Positions 8,940 to 19,203 of a DNA stretch of 64,000 bases are shown here, piece by piece. The stretch lies in IMG/VR virus record IMGVR_UViG_3300020388_000010; one strand, given 5' to 3'. The notes under the pieces were generated by a model. The model saw only the letters and a program-made list of their open reading frames with translations, made no database searches and was not told the DNA's origin. Each line of letters opens with the position of its first letter. Within the stretch, counting starts at the first letter, position 1. The position numbers and the translations under genes were made by a program. The stretch is from a virus (Duplodnaviria; Caudoviricetes).

Positions 8940-10570
8940 AAAATCAATATCTTGGAAATCCTAATTTAAAGAAAGCATTTGTAAGTCAAGAGTTTACAAA
9001 AGAAAATATTCTTGAGTTTCAAAAATGTATGAATGACCCACAGTATTTTATAGAAACATATATTAAAATTGTATCATTAGACAAAGGTCTGATACCATTT
9101 GATATGTATCCTTTTCAAAAAGAAATGGTTGGTACATTTCACAACAATCGTTTTACAATCTGTAAACTACCTAGACAATCTGGTAAAACAACCACAATGG
9201 TTTCGTATATATTACATTATGTTTTGTTCAATCAAAATATGAATGTAGCAATACTTGCAAACAAAGCTGCAACTGCAAGAGATATTTTATCCAGATTACA
9301 ACTTGCATATGAACATTTACCTAAATGGTTGCAACAAGGAATACTATCGTGGAACAAAGGTAGTTTAGAATTAGAGAATGGTTCACGCATAGTTGCAGCC
9401 TCAACTTCATCAAGTGCAGTTCGTGGTGGTTCATACAATATGATATTTTTAGATGAGTTTGCGTTTGTACCTACAAATATTGCAGAAGAGTTTTTTAGTT
9501 CAGTTTATCCTACTATATCATCTGGTCAATCTACAAAAGTGATTATTGTATCAACACCAAACGGTATGAATATGTATTATAAATTATGGACAGATGCAGA
9601 AACAAAAAAGAATACTTATGTACCCATAGAAGTTCATTGGTCTGAAGTTCCAGGCAGAGATGAAAAGTGGAAGAAAGAAACGATTGCAAATACAAGTGAA
9701 TCACAATTTCAAAAAGAATTTGAGTGTGAGTTTTTAGGTTCTACAAATACATTAATAAATGCATCTATAATAAAAAATATTCCTTTAAGAACGCCTTTAA
9801 CATCTAATGCTGGTCTTGATGTATATGAAAAACCTAAAAAAGGACACACATATGTTATTGTTGCAGATGTAGCTAGAGGTATACAAGGCGATTCTTCTGC
9901 GTTTACTGTTATGGATGTATCTCAATTACCATATAGATTAGTAGGTAAATATAAAAATAATGAAATAAAGCCTATGTTATTTCCAAACATTATCAAAGAT
10001 GTTGCACTTGCATACAATCAAGCATTTGTATTAATAGAAGTAAATGACATTGGTGACCAAGTTGCAAATTCTTTACAATTTGACTTAGAGTATGATAATC
10101 TTATAATGGCAAGTATGAGAGGTCGTGCTGGTCAGATAGTTGGTGGTGGTTTTAGTGGTGGTAAATCACAACTTGGTGTGAGAACAACTAAGGCAGTAAA
10201 AAAAATTGGTTGTTCTAATCTAAAAACAATGGTAGAGTCTAATAAGATTATATTAGAAGATTATGATATAGTTGCAGAGATGTCTTCATTTGTTCTTCAC
10301 GGACAGTCATATCAGGCAGAAGAAGGACACCACGATGATTTAATGATGTGTTGTGTATTATTTGCGTGGTTATCTGGTCAAACTTATTTTAAAGAACTTA
10401 CTGATAGTGATGTTAGAGCTAAATTGTTTGCAGAAAGTCAAAATCAGTTAGAACAAGACCTTGCACCATTTGGATTCTTAGATAATGGTATTGATGACCC
10501 TATACCACAAATAGATGAATATGGTGAAAGATGGACTCCAGTTGTTAGGAAGTATGATACAAATTGGTAA
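8930..10570 (+). CDS. gp17: Terminase large subunit gp17
   Basis: YLGNPNLKK, Walker A PRQSGKTT, Walker B IFLDEFAF, STPNG, nuclease ADVARG and HHDDLMM. Confidence 0.97.
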   Translation: MGIENQYLGNPNLKKAFVSQEFTKENILEFQKCMNDPQYFIETYIKIVSLDKGLIPFDMYPFQKEMVGTFHNNRFTICKLPRQSGKTTTMVSYILHYVLFNQNMNVAILANKAATARDILSRLQLAYEHLPKWLQQGILSWNKGSLELENGSRIVAASTSSSAVRGGSYNMIFLDEFAFVPTNIAEEFFSSVYPTISSGQSTKVIIVSTPNGMNMYYKLWTDAETKKNTYVPIEVHWSEVPGRDEKWKKETIANTSESQFQKEFECEFLGSTNTLINASIIKNIPLRTPLTSNAGLDVYEKPKKGHTYVIVADVARGIQGDSSAFTVMDVSQLPYRLVGKYKNNEIKPMLFPNIIKDVALAYNQAFVLIEVNDIGDQVANSLQFDLEYDNLIMASMRGRAGQIVGGGFSGGKSQLGVRTTKAVKKIGCSNLKTMVESNKIILEDYDIVAEMSSFVLHGQSYQAEEGHHDDLMMCCVLFAWLSGQTYFKELTDSDVRAKLFAESQNQLEQDLAPFGFLDNGIDDPIPQIDEYGERWTPVVRKYDTNW

Positions 10571-10871
10571 ATGCATCTTCATCAATTAAATCATTATCTT
10601 TTTTTAAAAAACAATTATGACAAACTATTACATTGTTGTCTATATGTTCTAATAACAATTTTCTAGTATCTTTTTTTAAACTTTTCTTTTTAGAATCTGC
10701 ACGAATCTTTCTATCATCTGGATAAAATTTTAATACCACTATTTCAGACTCACCACAATATTTACAAGACTTATCTCTTAATTGTTCATTAATCCACTTA
10801 TCTTTTAGTCTACGGTGTCTTCTTGCAACTTTTCGTATGGTATTACGGTATTTTTGATAATGTTCACTCAT
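10545..10871 (-). CDS. HNH-like Zn-binding protein, probably degenerate endonuclease
   Basis: CKYCGE...VCHNCF cysteine pairs; likely start MSEHYQKY; the usual F-H-H catalytic motif reads FYPD. Confidence 0.6.
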   Translation of the reverse strand: MSEHYQKYRNTIRKVARRHRRLKDKWINEQLRDKSCKYCGESEIVVLKFYPDDRKIRADSKKKSLKKDTRKLLLEHIDNNVIVCHNCFLKKDNDLIDEDAFTNLYHTS

Positions 10872-10920
10872 ATTTATATTTAGACTTGGTATAAAAACAA
10901 ACATACAAAAAACGATTTTT

Positions 10921-10928
10921 TATAAATA
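10921..10928 (+). promoter_or_regulatory. T4-type late (gp55) promoter for gp18
   Basis: TATAAATA 43 nt upstream of gp18; a mirror TATAAATA lies on the - strand at 10871-10878. Confidence 0.75.
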
Positions 10929-10970
10929 TAGTTGTAGTAGATTAACTAAACTAATATAAGGAGTAGAAAT

Positions 10971-12983
10971 ATGGGATTTCAAGTTTCTCCAGGCGTAGAA
11001 GTCAAAGAAGTTGACCTAACGAATATCGTTCCTGCTGTTTCTACAACTATTGGTGCTGTTTGTGGCCCCTTTGAAAAAGGGCCAGTAAGTGAAATAACAA
11101 GTATCAGTTCAGAAAAACAACTCGTTGAAGTATTTGGTAAACCAAATGCAAACAATTTTGAGTATTTTTTCACAGCTGCAAACTTTTTACAGTATTCAAA
11201 TTCACTAAGAGTTGTAAGAACTGAAAGTACATTGAAAAATGCATCTTCTGGTGGTTCTGGTATTTTAATCAGAAACACTTTGCATTATCAAGAGGCTTTC
11301 GCAGACGGACAAGGTACTCACGGTACTTGGTCAGCAAGAACGGCTGGTATTCACGCAAACGGAATTAAAATAGACATTTGTGATAAAAACAATTTTTCAG
11401 AAATGTCAAACAAACAAACTAATGATGCCAGTGCAAGTGCTGGTGATACAACAATTACAATGGATGCTATTGATGCTACTGATTTTGCAGTAGGTGAAGT
11501 TATAGAATTTTATTCAAACGCTGGTGGTACAGTTTTCGCTGTAGGACACGAAGCACAAAAATATGAAATTACAGCAACAGATACATCTGGTGAAACAATT
11601 ACAATCAGACAATTAGATGACCCTGCTGCAAGTGGATTAATCGCAGATTTAGCAGACGATTCTTATGTAAAAAGATACTGGAGATTTGCAGATTTATTTG
11701 ATACTGCTCCAGGCACATCTGAATTTGCAACTGCAAGAGGTGTTCTTGATGATGAAATACACATAGTTGTATATGATTCATCTGGAAGACAAACTGGTTT
11801 TGATAACGATGTTGCTGGTGAGAGATTAAACTCTATACTAGAAACATTTGCTTTTGTATCAAAACACCCAGAAGCAACTACACCTCAAGGTAATTCAAAT
11901 TATTATCCAGATGTAGTTTATAGGGATTCTAAATTTGTTTATTGGGGAGACCACCCAACTGCAGCTATTGATGCATCTGGTGACTGGGGTCAACCTCTTT
12001 CATCTGATTTATCAGTACAAGGTTCAAGTGCTTTTAATAAATTTACAACTGGTGTAGAAAATGTAGATAGGTCTACACTTGCAAATGGAACAGACGATTA
12101 TGCTGTTACAGATGGTGAACAACTTACTGCATACGGAAGATTTGATGACGGTGAAGCAGTTGATGTAAATCTAATTATGGCTGCAAAGGCAAGTTCAACT
12201 CTTGCAACAAACTTAATCACTATTGTTGAGAAAAGAAAAGATGCATTAGTCTTTATTTCTCCAGAAAGAGCTGATGTTGTAGGTGCTGCCGATTCTAATA
12301 CACAAACTACAAATGTCAAGAACTTTTTTGATTTACTTCCAAGTACATCATTTGCAGTTTTTGATAGTGGTTACAAATACCAATATGATAGATTTAACGA
12401 TGTATATCGTTATGTACCATTAAATGGTGATATTGCTGGTGTAACTGCATATACTGAATCTGTTGCAGATGCGTTTTTCTCACCTGCTGGTTTTACTAGA
12501 GGTCAAATTAGAGGTGCAGTTAAACTTGCATACGAACCTAATAAAGACCAAAGAGATACATTATATAAAGCAAGAATTAATCCAGTTAACTCATTTCCTG
12601 GCCAAGGTACTGTGTTATTTGGTGATAAGACTGCTCTTGCAAAACCAAGTGCATTTGATAGAATTAATGTTAGAAGACTATTCATTATTCTTGAAAAAGC
12701 AATCGCTACTGCAGCTAAGTTCCAACTATTTGAGTTCAATGATGAATTCACAAGAGCTCAGTTTAAAAACTTAGTAGAACCTTTCTTGAGAGAAATTCAA
12801 GGACGAAGAGGTATTACTGACTTTAAAGTAGTTTCAGACGAATCTAATAACACTGGTGAAGTAATTGATAGAAACGAATTTATTGCTGACATTTTTGTCA
12901 AGCCAACAAGGTCTATCAACTTTATCACTCTTAACTTTGTCGCTGTAAGAACTGGTGTTGCGTTTACAGAGATAGGAGGGTAA
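10971..12983 (+). CDS. gp18: Tail sheath protein gp18
   Basis: FQVSPGVEVKEVDLT, DSGYKYQYDRFND, SPAGFTRG, FDRINVRRLF, KPTRSINFITLNF. Confidence 0.97.
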   Translation: MGFQVSPGVEVKEVDLTNIVPAVSTTIGAVCGPFEKGPVSEITSISSEKQLVEVFGKPNANNFEYFFTAANFLQYSNSLRVVRTESTLKNASSGGSGILIRNTLHYQEAFADGQGTHGTWSARTAGIHANGIKIDICDKNNFSEMSNKQTNDASASAGDTTITMDAIDATDFAVGEVIEFYSNAGGTVFAVGHEAQKYEITATDTSGETITIRQLDDPAASGLIADLADDSYVKRYWRFADLFDTAPGTSEFATARGVLDDEIHIVVYDSSGRQTGFDNDVAGERLNSILETFAFVSKHPEATTPQGNSNYYPDVVYRDSKFVYWGDHPTAAIDASGDWGQPLSSDLSVQGSSAFNKFTTGVENVDRSTLANGTDDYAVTDGEQLTAYGRFDDGEAVDVNLIMAAKASSTLATNLITIVEKRKDALVFISPERADVVGAADSNTQTTNVKNFFDLLPSTSFAVFDSGYKYQYDRFNDVYRYVPLNGDIAGVTAYTESVADAFFSPAGFTRGQIRGAVKLAYEPNKDQRDTLYKARINPVNSFPGQGTVLFGDKTALAKPSAFDRINVRRLFIILEKAIATAAKFQLFEFNDEFTRAQFKNLVEPFLREIQGRRGITDFKVVSDESNNTGEVIDRNEFIADIFVKPTRSINFITLNFVAVRTGVAFTEIGG

Positions 12984-12987
12984 TTAG

Positions 12988-13521
12988 ATGGCAAATATTA
13001 ATGACTTTAAATCAAGACTTGCTGGTGGTGGTGCTCGTGCCAATCAGTTTAGGGTAATATTACCTCCCCCAGTCGGACAAGTAACTGCAGCTATCAATAC
13101 TGAACAGTTTGCATTTCTGTGTAGGTCAGCATCTTTGCCTGGTCAAACACTTGCTGAAATTGCAATTCCATTCAGAGGTAGAACTCTTTATGTTGCTGGT
13201 GAAAGAACATTTGAAACTTGGACTACTTCTGTATTTAACGATACAGATTTTGGAGTTCGTAGAGAAGTTGAAAGATGGATGAACGGTATTAATGACTTAG
13301 TTAATAATACTGGTGCAACCAACCCAGCTGATTACAGAGTAGATATGATTGTTCAACAATTAGATAGAGATGATACAATTCTTCATCAATATGTACTTGA
13401 GGGTTGTTTTCCTCAATCATTAGGTGCAATAGAACTTGCATATGATACTAATGATGCTATTGAACAATTTGATATCATTTGGAGATATGACACATTCAGA
13501 GTCACGGGCATTAATTTATAA
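12988..13521 (+). CDS. gp19: Tail tube protein gp19
   Basis: GGGARANQFRV, LCRSASLPG, PFRGRTLYVAGERTFETW, QQLDRD. Confidence 0.95.
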   Translation: MANINDFKSRLAGGGARANQFRVILPPPVGQVTAAINTEQFAFLCRSASLPGQTLAEIAIPFRGRTLYVAGERTFETWTTSVFNDTDFGVRREVERWMNGINDLVNNTGATNPADYRVDMIVQQLDRDDTILHQYVLEGCFPQSLGAIELAYDTNDAIEQFDIIWRYDTFRVTGINL

Positions 13522-13556
13522 CTCATAAATATAATAATATAAAGGAGTTGTAGATA

Positions 13557-15077
13557 ATGGCTGAGTTTTTTGGTTTTGAAATAAAAAGAAAAGAAAAGGA
13601 GTTGGGGGCAGTAACGCCTCCAGCTACTGATGATGGTACATACGATATATCTGGTGGTGGTTTCTATTCCACAATCCTAGATACAGATGGTCGTTCACGC
13701 ACAGAAGATGATTTAATCCGAAGATATAGAGATATTGCAATACAACCAGAGTGTGATAGTGCAATAGAAGATATCGTAAGTGAAGCAATCGCATCTGATG
13801 AAAGAGATATGTGTGTATCTATCGCATTAGATAATTTACAAGTTTCTACTTCAATTAAAAAAAGAATTAAAGAAGAATTTGAAAAGGTTCTACAATTATT
13901 AGATTTTAATAATAAAGCACACGATATTTTTAGAAGATGGTATGTTGATGGAAGATTATTCTATCACAAAGTTATTGATGCAAAAAATCCCAGAAAGGGT
14001 GTTCAACAACTTCGTTATATTGATCCTAGAAAAATTAAAAAAGTTAGAGAAGTAGAGACTAGTAAAAAAGGTCAAGTTGATGTTGTAAAAAAGTTTAAAG
14101 AGTTTTACATTTATAATCAACAAGGACATCAAGTAAATAATACTTCTACTGGTGTTAAATTAACATTTGATTCAATCGCATATTGTCCATCTGGACTTAT
14201 TGATATGCATAAAGGTACTGTATTATCGTATCTTAATAAAGCAATCAAACCAGTAAATCAATTAAGAATGATTGAGGACTCTGTGGTAATTTACAGAATA
14301 TCAAGAGCCCCAGAAAGAAGAATATTTTATATTGATGTAGGTAATTTACCTAAAATAAAAGCAGAACAATATCTTAAAGATGTTATGAATCGTTATCGTA
14401 ACAAACTAGTATATGATGCATCTACTGGTGAAATTCGTGACGATAGAAATCATATGTCTATGTTAGAGGATTTTTGGTTACCAAGAAGAGAAGGTGGTAG
14501 AGGTACAGAGATTACTACACTGCCTGGTGGTGCAAATCTTGGTGAGATAGATGATATTACATACTTTCAAAGAAAGTTATATCGTTCATTAAATGTTCCT
14601 ATCTCAAGATTAGAAGCAGAACAAAACTTTTCATTAGGTAGGTCAACAGAGATTACAAGAGATGAATTAAAATTTACTAAATTTGTAGGTAAGTTAAGAA
14701 AAAAATTCTCAGTAATCTTTAATGATTTACTTAGAACACAATTAATTCTTACTGGTGTTATTGCAGAAGAGGAATGGAAACAAATGTCTGAACACATACA
14801 GTTTGATTTCTTACAAGATAATAACTTTACAGAATTAAAAAATGCAGAACTACTTAAAGAGAGATTAGAAATGTTATCACAAGTAGAAAACTATGTTGGT
14901 ACATATTTCTCTAAAGAGTGGGTAAAAAAGAATGTATTACACTTAACAGATGACGAAATAGGTGAAATGCAAAAACAAATAGAGGGTGAGGGTGACGATA
15001 ACGAAGAAAATGGCGATAACAACTTTGAACAAAAAGGAGATGGTAATGAGCCAGGAAAAAATAAAATCAATGGTTGA
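13557..15077 (+). CDS. gp20: Portal protein gp20
   Basis: WYVDGR, IYRISRAPERRIFYIDVGNLPK, MLEDFWLPRREGGRGTEITTLPG. Confidence 0.97.
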   Translation: MAEFFGFEIKRKEKELGAVTPPATDDGTYDISGGGFYSTILDTDGRSRTEDDLIRRYRDIAIQPECDSAIEDIVSEAIASDERDMCVSIALDNLQVSTSIKKRIKEEFEKVLQLLDFNNKAHDIFRRWYVDGRLFYHKVIDAKNPRKGVQQLRYIDPRKIKKVREVETSKKGQVDVVKKFKEFYIYNQQGHQVNNTSTGVKLTFDSIAYCPSGLIDMHKGTVLSYLNKAIKPVNQLRMIEDSVVIYRISRAPERRIFYIDVGNLPKIKAEQYLKDVMNRYRNKLVYDASTGEIRDDRNHMSMLEDFWLPRREGGRGTEITTLPGGANLGEIDDITYFQRKLYRSLNVPISRLEAEQNFSLGRSTEITRDELKFTKFVGKLRKKFSVIFNDLLRTQLILTGVIAEEEWKQMSEHIQFDFLQDNNFTELKNAELLKERLEMLSQVENYVGTYFSKEWVKKNVLHLTDDEIGEMQKQIEGEGDDNEENGDNNFEQKGDGNEPGKNKING

Positions 15078-15231
15078 TAATATAGTTAACGGAAACAATT
15101 TAGAATCAGAATCTGATTTTAAAAACATTATGTCTGATAAGGTTGGAGAAACTTTAGAAAAAGAAAGACAAACTATTTCAAAAGATATGGTAACATCACA
15201 CATACCAGAGGTAGGGGAAGATGAAGTTTGA
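15046..15231 (+). CDS. Small acidic protein in prohead-core (gp67-like) position
   Basis: AAGGAG RBS before ATG 15046 (MSQEKIK); directly after portal. Confidence 0.55.
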   Translation: MSQEKIKSMVDNIVNGNNLESESDFKNIMSDKVGETLEKERQTISKDMVTSHIPEVGEDEV

Positions 15232-15469
15232 TAGTTTTTATTCTAAAATAGTAGAAAAAGACGAACATAAAAGAAGTAAGGAATACAGAAAACTGACTCC
15301 TAAAATGAAGAAGGCAGTTGATGAAATATTCAATAAAATGGATTCTAACTCCTCAGATTTTATAAATAGTTTTGAGAACAATATTAATTTAGTTTCTAAG
15401 AAACACAAAGTAACAAACAATGAATTGATGAGTTACTTTGAAAGAGAAATGTTAACAATAGGAAAGTAA
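15221..15469 (+). CDS. Small head-associated hypothetical protein
   Basis: Coupled ORF between gp20 and gp21; N-terminus MKFDSFYSKIVE resembles a capsid-targeting sequence. Confidence 0.55.
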   Translation: MKFDSFYSKIVEKDEHKRSKEYRKLTPKMKKAVDEIFNKMDSNSSDFINSFENNINLVSKKHKVTNNELMSYFEREMLTIGK

Positions 15470-15470
15470 A

Positions 15471-15857
15471 ATGGCTTTTACAGTAAGAAATCTTAAAGAT
15501 ACAGATTTTGAAACGGTGGTTCATATTACAATTACTGGGACAAATGGTACTGCAGCTCAAGTTGTAGATGCATCTAATCTTGCTGGGGCTTCAACAAATC
15601 CTAGACTTGCGATTGTTTCTTGCACTTGGAGTGTAAGTTCAACTACTGAAATAGAGTTTCACGCAGATGCACCAGTAACTGCACTTACATTAAATGGTAA
15701 TGGTAATTATAATATTGGTAGTCAACAACTACCACCAATTACAAATAATGGTGGAACTGGTGTAGATGGTGATATTGATATGGAAAACGATGCAGCTTGT
15801 GTTGGTTTTGTTATTTTAAAGTTAAGAAAAGTTTCTGGTTATAATAACCTATCATAA
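15471..15857 (+). CDS. Conserved hypothetical virion protein upstream of gp21
   Basis: Beta-rich 128 aa ORF; TATAAATA at 15361-15368 upstream. Confidence 0.55.
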   Translation: MAFTVRNLKDTDFETVVHITITGTNGTAAQVVDASNLAGASTNPRLAIVSCTWSVSSTTEIEFHADAPVTALTLNGNGNYNIGSQQLPPITNNGGTGVDGDIDMENDAACVGFVILKLRKVSGYNNLS

Positions 15858-15867
15858 GGAAAGATGA

Positions 15868-16515
15868 ATGAAATTAATATCTGAAGCACTTGAAAATGTA
15901 AAATTTCTTACTGAAGAAGACGATAAAGGTAGCAAAAATTACAAAATTCAAGGTGTATTTATGCAAGGTAACATAAAGAACCGTAATGGTAGAGTATATC
16001 CAACAGATGTTTTGGAAAATGAAGTAAAAAGATACTCTGAAAAATTCATTGAAAAAAATCGTGCATATGGTGAACTTGGACACCCAGAAGGCCCAACGGT
16101 AAATCTGGATAGAGTTTCACATATGGTAACTTCTTTACAAAGAGATGGAGATGATTTTATAGGTGAAGCAAAAATTATGAACACACCAATGGGTAAGATT
16201 GTAAAAAATATCATAGATGAAGGTGGCACACTTGGTGTTTCTTCTAGAGGTATGGGTAGTCTTGAACAAAAAAACGGTGCAAATTATGTGAAAAAAGATT
16301 TTATGTTGGCAGCTGCTGCTGATATAGTTGCAGACCCCTCTGCACCTAAAGCTTTCGTAAACGGAATTATGGAAGGTAAGGAATGGGTTTGGAATAATGG
16401 ACTTCTAAAAGAAGTTGAAATAAGTGACATAGTTGAAACTATAGAGAGTTCTGTGCGTAAAAAACTTCCAAATGTGGAAGCTCTTGCGTTTGCAAAATTT
16501 CTTAAAAAGTTATAA
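15868..16515 (+). CDS. gp21: Prohead core protease gp21
   Basis: KNRNGRVYP, GELGHPEGPTVNLDRVSH, GVSSRGMGS, DIVADPSAPKA. Confidence 0.97.
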   Translation: MKLISEALENVKFLTEEDDKGSKNYKIQGVFMQGNIKNRNGRVYPTDVLENEVKRYSEKFIEKNRAYGELGHPEGPTVNLDRVSHMVTSLQRDGDDFIGEAKIMNTPMGKIVKNIIDEGGTLGVSSRGMGSLEQKNGANYVKKDFMLAAAADIVADPSAPKAFVNGIMEGKEWVWNNGLLKEVEISDIVETIESSVRKKLPNVEALAFAKFLKKL

Positions 16516-16518
16516 AAC

Positions 16519-16526
16519 TATAAATA
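16519..16526 (+). promoter_or_regulatory. Late promoter for gp22/gp23
   Basis: TATAAATA upstream of the gp22 RBS. Confidence 0.7.
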
Positions 16527-16557
16527 ATAATGATAATTAAAACAAGGAGAACCTTCA

Positions 16558-17805
16558 ATGTCAGAACTAGATAAGACTATTGAGGAGTTGGAAAAAGAAG
16601 TCGTAGCGGAACTAGATGAAGCCAACGGCAAAAAACCTAATTCTACTGGTGGTAAGGCAGACCCTATGCCAAAAATGAAAGATGGTGAAAAACCAGAAGA
16701 TGTAGGTGGCCCAACGCCCGAAAAAGATGCGAATATGGTTGGAAAACCAGACGCCGCAAAAAAAGTTAAAAAGGACACTTCTGCACCCACTAAAGGTGCT
16801 GTTCCTCCAGAAAAGGCAGATACTATTAAAGAAGCCGAACACGAGGACGATGAAGAACCTAAAATGAAAAAAGATGATGAAGAAGAAGATGATGATGACG
16901 ATATGGACGAACAAATATCTAAATTATCTAAACTTTCTAAAACTGAACTCGTTAATCAATATACCAAAGGTATGACTAAATCTGCACTTGCAAAAGGTAT
17001 CGTAGAGTACGGTAATGGTATGAAAAATGCTATGAAAATGCACGGTAAAGATGACGAAAAGAAAAAGAAAATGCCTGAAAGTGTTGATGTCAGAAAAGAT
17101 GTTGATGCACTTTTAGAAGGTGAAGATTTTTCTGATGAGTTTAAAACTAAAGCTGAAACAATATTTGAAGCTGCAGTATCATCTAGAATTTCTGAAGTTA
17201 AAGAAACTTTAGAAGAACAAAAAACTCAAGCTATTGAAGAAGCAAAAGAAGATATGGTTGACAAAATTGACTCATATCTAACTTATGTTACTGAAGAGTG
17301 GAAGAAAGAAAACCAACTTGCTATTGAAAGAGGTCTAAAGGGAGAAATCGCTGAAGACTTTATTACTGGTCTTAAATCTTTATTTGAAGACCACTATATT
17401 GATGTTCCAAACGAAAAATATGACATTCTTGAAGCACAGACTAAAGAAATTGAGGAACTAAAAGCAAAGGTAAACGATTTAATGGAACAAGATAAATCAG
17501 CTAAGAATAAAGTTGGTGAACTTGTTCGTGAATCATTAATTTCTGAAGTATCAAAAGATTTAGCAGAAACAGAAAAAGAAAAATTTAATTCTTTGACTGC
17601 TGATGTTGAATTTTCTGATGAAGAATCTTTTAAAGAAAAACTATCTACTTTGAAAGAATCATACTTCCCTTCAGAGAAAAAAGTTGAAGAAGTATTATCT
17701 GAAGACGCTGAAAGTCCTAAGACTATTGAAGCAAACTCAGATATAATGGCGGCATATACGGCTGCAATTAACAAAACCCATAAAAGGGCAGTAAATAAAT
17801 CGTAA
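16558..17805 (+). CDS. gp22: Prohead core scaffold gp22
   Basis: EFKTKAETIFEAAV, YLTYVTEEWKKENQLAIERG, FITGLKSLFEDHYI; long charged N-terminal extension. Confidence 0.93.
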   Translation: MSELDKTIEELEKEVVAELDEANGKKPNSTGGKADPMPKMKDGEKPEDVGGPTPEKDANMVGKPDAAKKVKKDTSAPTKGAVPPEKADTIKEAEHEDDEEPKMKKDDEEEDDDDDMDEQISKLSKLSKTELVNQYTKGMTKSALAKGIVEYGNGMKNAMKMHGKDDEKKKKMPESVDVRKDVDALLEGEDFSDEFKTKAETIFEAAVSSRISEVKETLEEQKTQAIEEAKEDMVDKIDSYLTYVTEEWKKENQLAIERGLKGEIAEDFITGLKSLFEDHYIDVPNEKYDILEAQTKEIEELKAKVNDLMEQDKSAKNKVGELVRESLISEVSKDLAETEKEKFNSLTADVEFSDEESFKEKLSTLKESYFPSEKKVEEVLSEDAESPKTIEANSDIMAAYTAAINKTHKRAVNKS

Positions 17806-17840
17806 TGATAAATATAGTAAATATATAAGGAGAAACTAAG

Positions 17841-19181
17841 ATGTTTCAAACAACACATTTACAAGAGAAGTGGCAGCCCGTTCTAGACCATCCAGATTTA
17901 CCAAAAATCAATGATAGTTATAGAAGAGCCGTCACTACTGTTATTTTAGAAAATCAAGAAAAGGCACTTAGAGAAGATGCTTCTTTCTTGTCAGAATCAG
18001 TTCCTACTAACGCAACTGCAGTTGGTGCTAATCCAATGGCAAATTGGGATCCGATCCTAATTTCATTAGTAAGAAGAGCTATGCCTAATTTGATTGCATA
18101 TGACATTTGTGGTGTGCAACCAATGACTGGCCCAACTGGTTTAATCTTTGCTATGCGTTCAAGATTTGATGACCAGTCTGGTGCAGAAGCACTAGTTGAT
18201 GAAGCAGATGGCGAACATTCTGCTGATAACTCATCATCTTCACTGACAGCTGCACAACAAGGTACTAACCCAAGTGTACTTAATGACTCTCCAGAAGGCG
18301 CTTATACTTTCGCACAAGGTATGACTGCTGCACAAGCAGAAGCATTAGGTGATAGTTCTCAAAACCACTTTGCACAAATGGCTTTCTCTATTGAGAAATC
18401 AACTGTTACTGCAAAGTCTAGAGCACTTAAAGCTGAGTACACAATGGAACTTGCACAAGACTTAAAAGCAATTCACGGTCTTGATGCAGAAACAGAACTT
18501 GCAAACATCCTTTCTGCTGAAATTCTTGCAGAAATCAATAGGGAAGTAGTAAGAAGAATTTACAGAACTGCCGTAGAAGGTGCTGCTGTAAATACAACTA
18601 CTGCTGGTACTTTTGACTTAGATACAGACTCTAACGGTAGATGGTCTGTTGAAAAATTCAAAGGACTAATGTTCCAGATTGAAAGAGATGCAAATGCAAT
18701 CGGTCAAAAAACTCGTAGAGGGAAAGGTAACATCTTACTAGTAAGTGCTGATGTTGCTTCTGCTTTACAAATGGCTGGAATTCTAGATTACCAATCTGCA
18801 TTAAACAACAACCTACAAGTTGATGACACTCAAAACACTTTTGCTGGTGTATTGAATGGTCGTTACAGAGTATATGTTGACCCATACGCTGCAAATGTAG
18901 CTGCAAGTCAATATTATGTTGTTGGATATAAAGGTACTTCACCTTATGATGCTGGTACTTTCTATTGCCCATATGTTCCACTACAAATGGTGAGAGCAGT
19001 TGGTGAGCAAACTTTCCAACCTAAAATCGGTTTCAAAACTAGATACGGTATGATTGATAACCCATTCGCAGTTGACGCTGGTGCGTTAGCTGATAACAAC
19101 GATGCTGGTTCTTCAAATACTGCATTTACTAAAGAAACTAACCAATATTACAGAAGAGTTAAAGTTTCTAACTTAATGTAA
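17841..19181 (+). CDS. gp23: Major capsid protein gp23
   Basis: LVRRAMPNLIAYDICGVQPMTGPTGLIFAMR, KSRALKAEYTMELAQDLKAIHGLDAE, FQPKIGFKTRYG. Confidence 0.98.
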   Translation: MFQTTHLQEKWQPVLDHPDLPKINDSYRRAVTTVILENQEKALREDASFLSESVPTNATAVGANPMANWDPILISLVRRAMPNLIAYDICGVQPMTGPTGLIFAMRSRFDDQSGAEALVDEADGEHSADNSSSSLTAAQQGTNPSVLNDSPEGAYTFAQGMTAAQAEALGDSSQNHFAQMAFSIEKSTVTAKSRALKAEYTMELAQDLKAIHGLDAETELANILSAEILAEINREVVRRIYRTAVEGAAVNTTTAGTFDLDTDSNGRWSVEKFKGLMFQIERDANAIGQKTRRGKGNILLVSADVASALQMAGILDYQSALNNNLQVDDTQNTFAGVLNGRYRVYVDPYAANVAASQYYVVGYKGTSPYDAGTFYCPYVPLQMVRAVGEQTFQPKIGFKTRYGMIDNPFAVDAGALADNNDAGSSNTAFTKETNQYYRRVKVSNLM

Positions 19182-19203
19182 TAACTACAATCTACCACAC
19201 CAC

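Noticed and set aside
16860-16912. GAT/GAA repeat tract in gp22
   Set aside because: Ordinary acidic low-complexity linker of scaffold proteins
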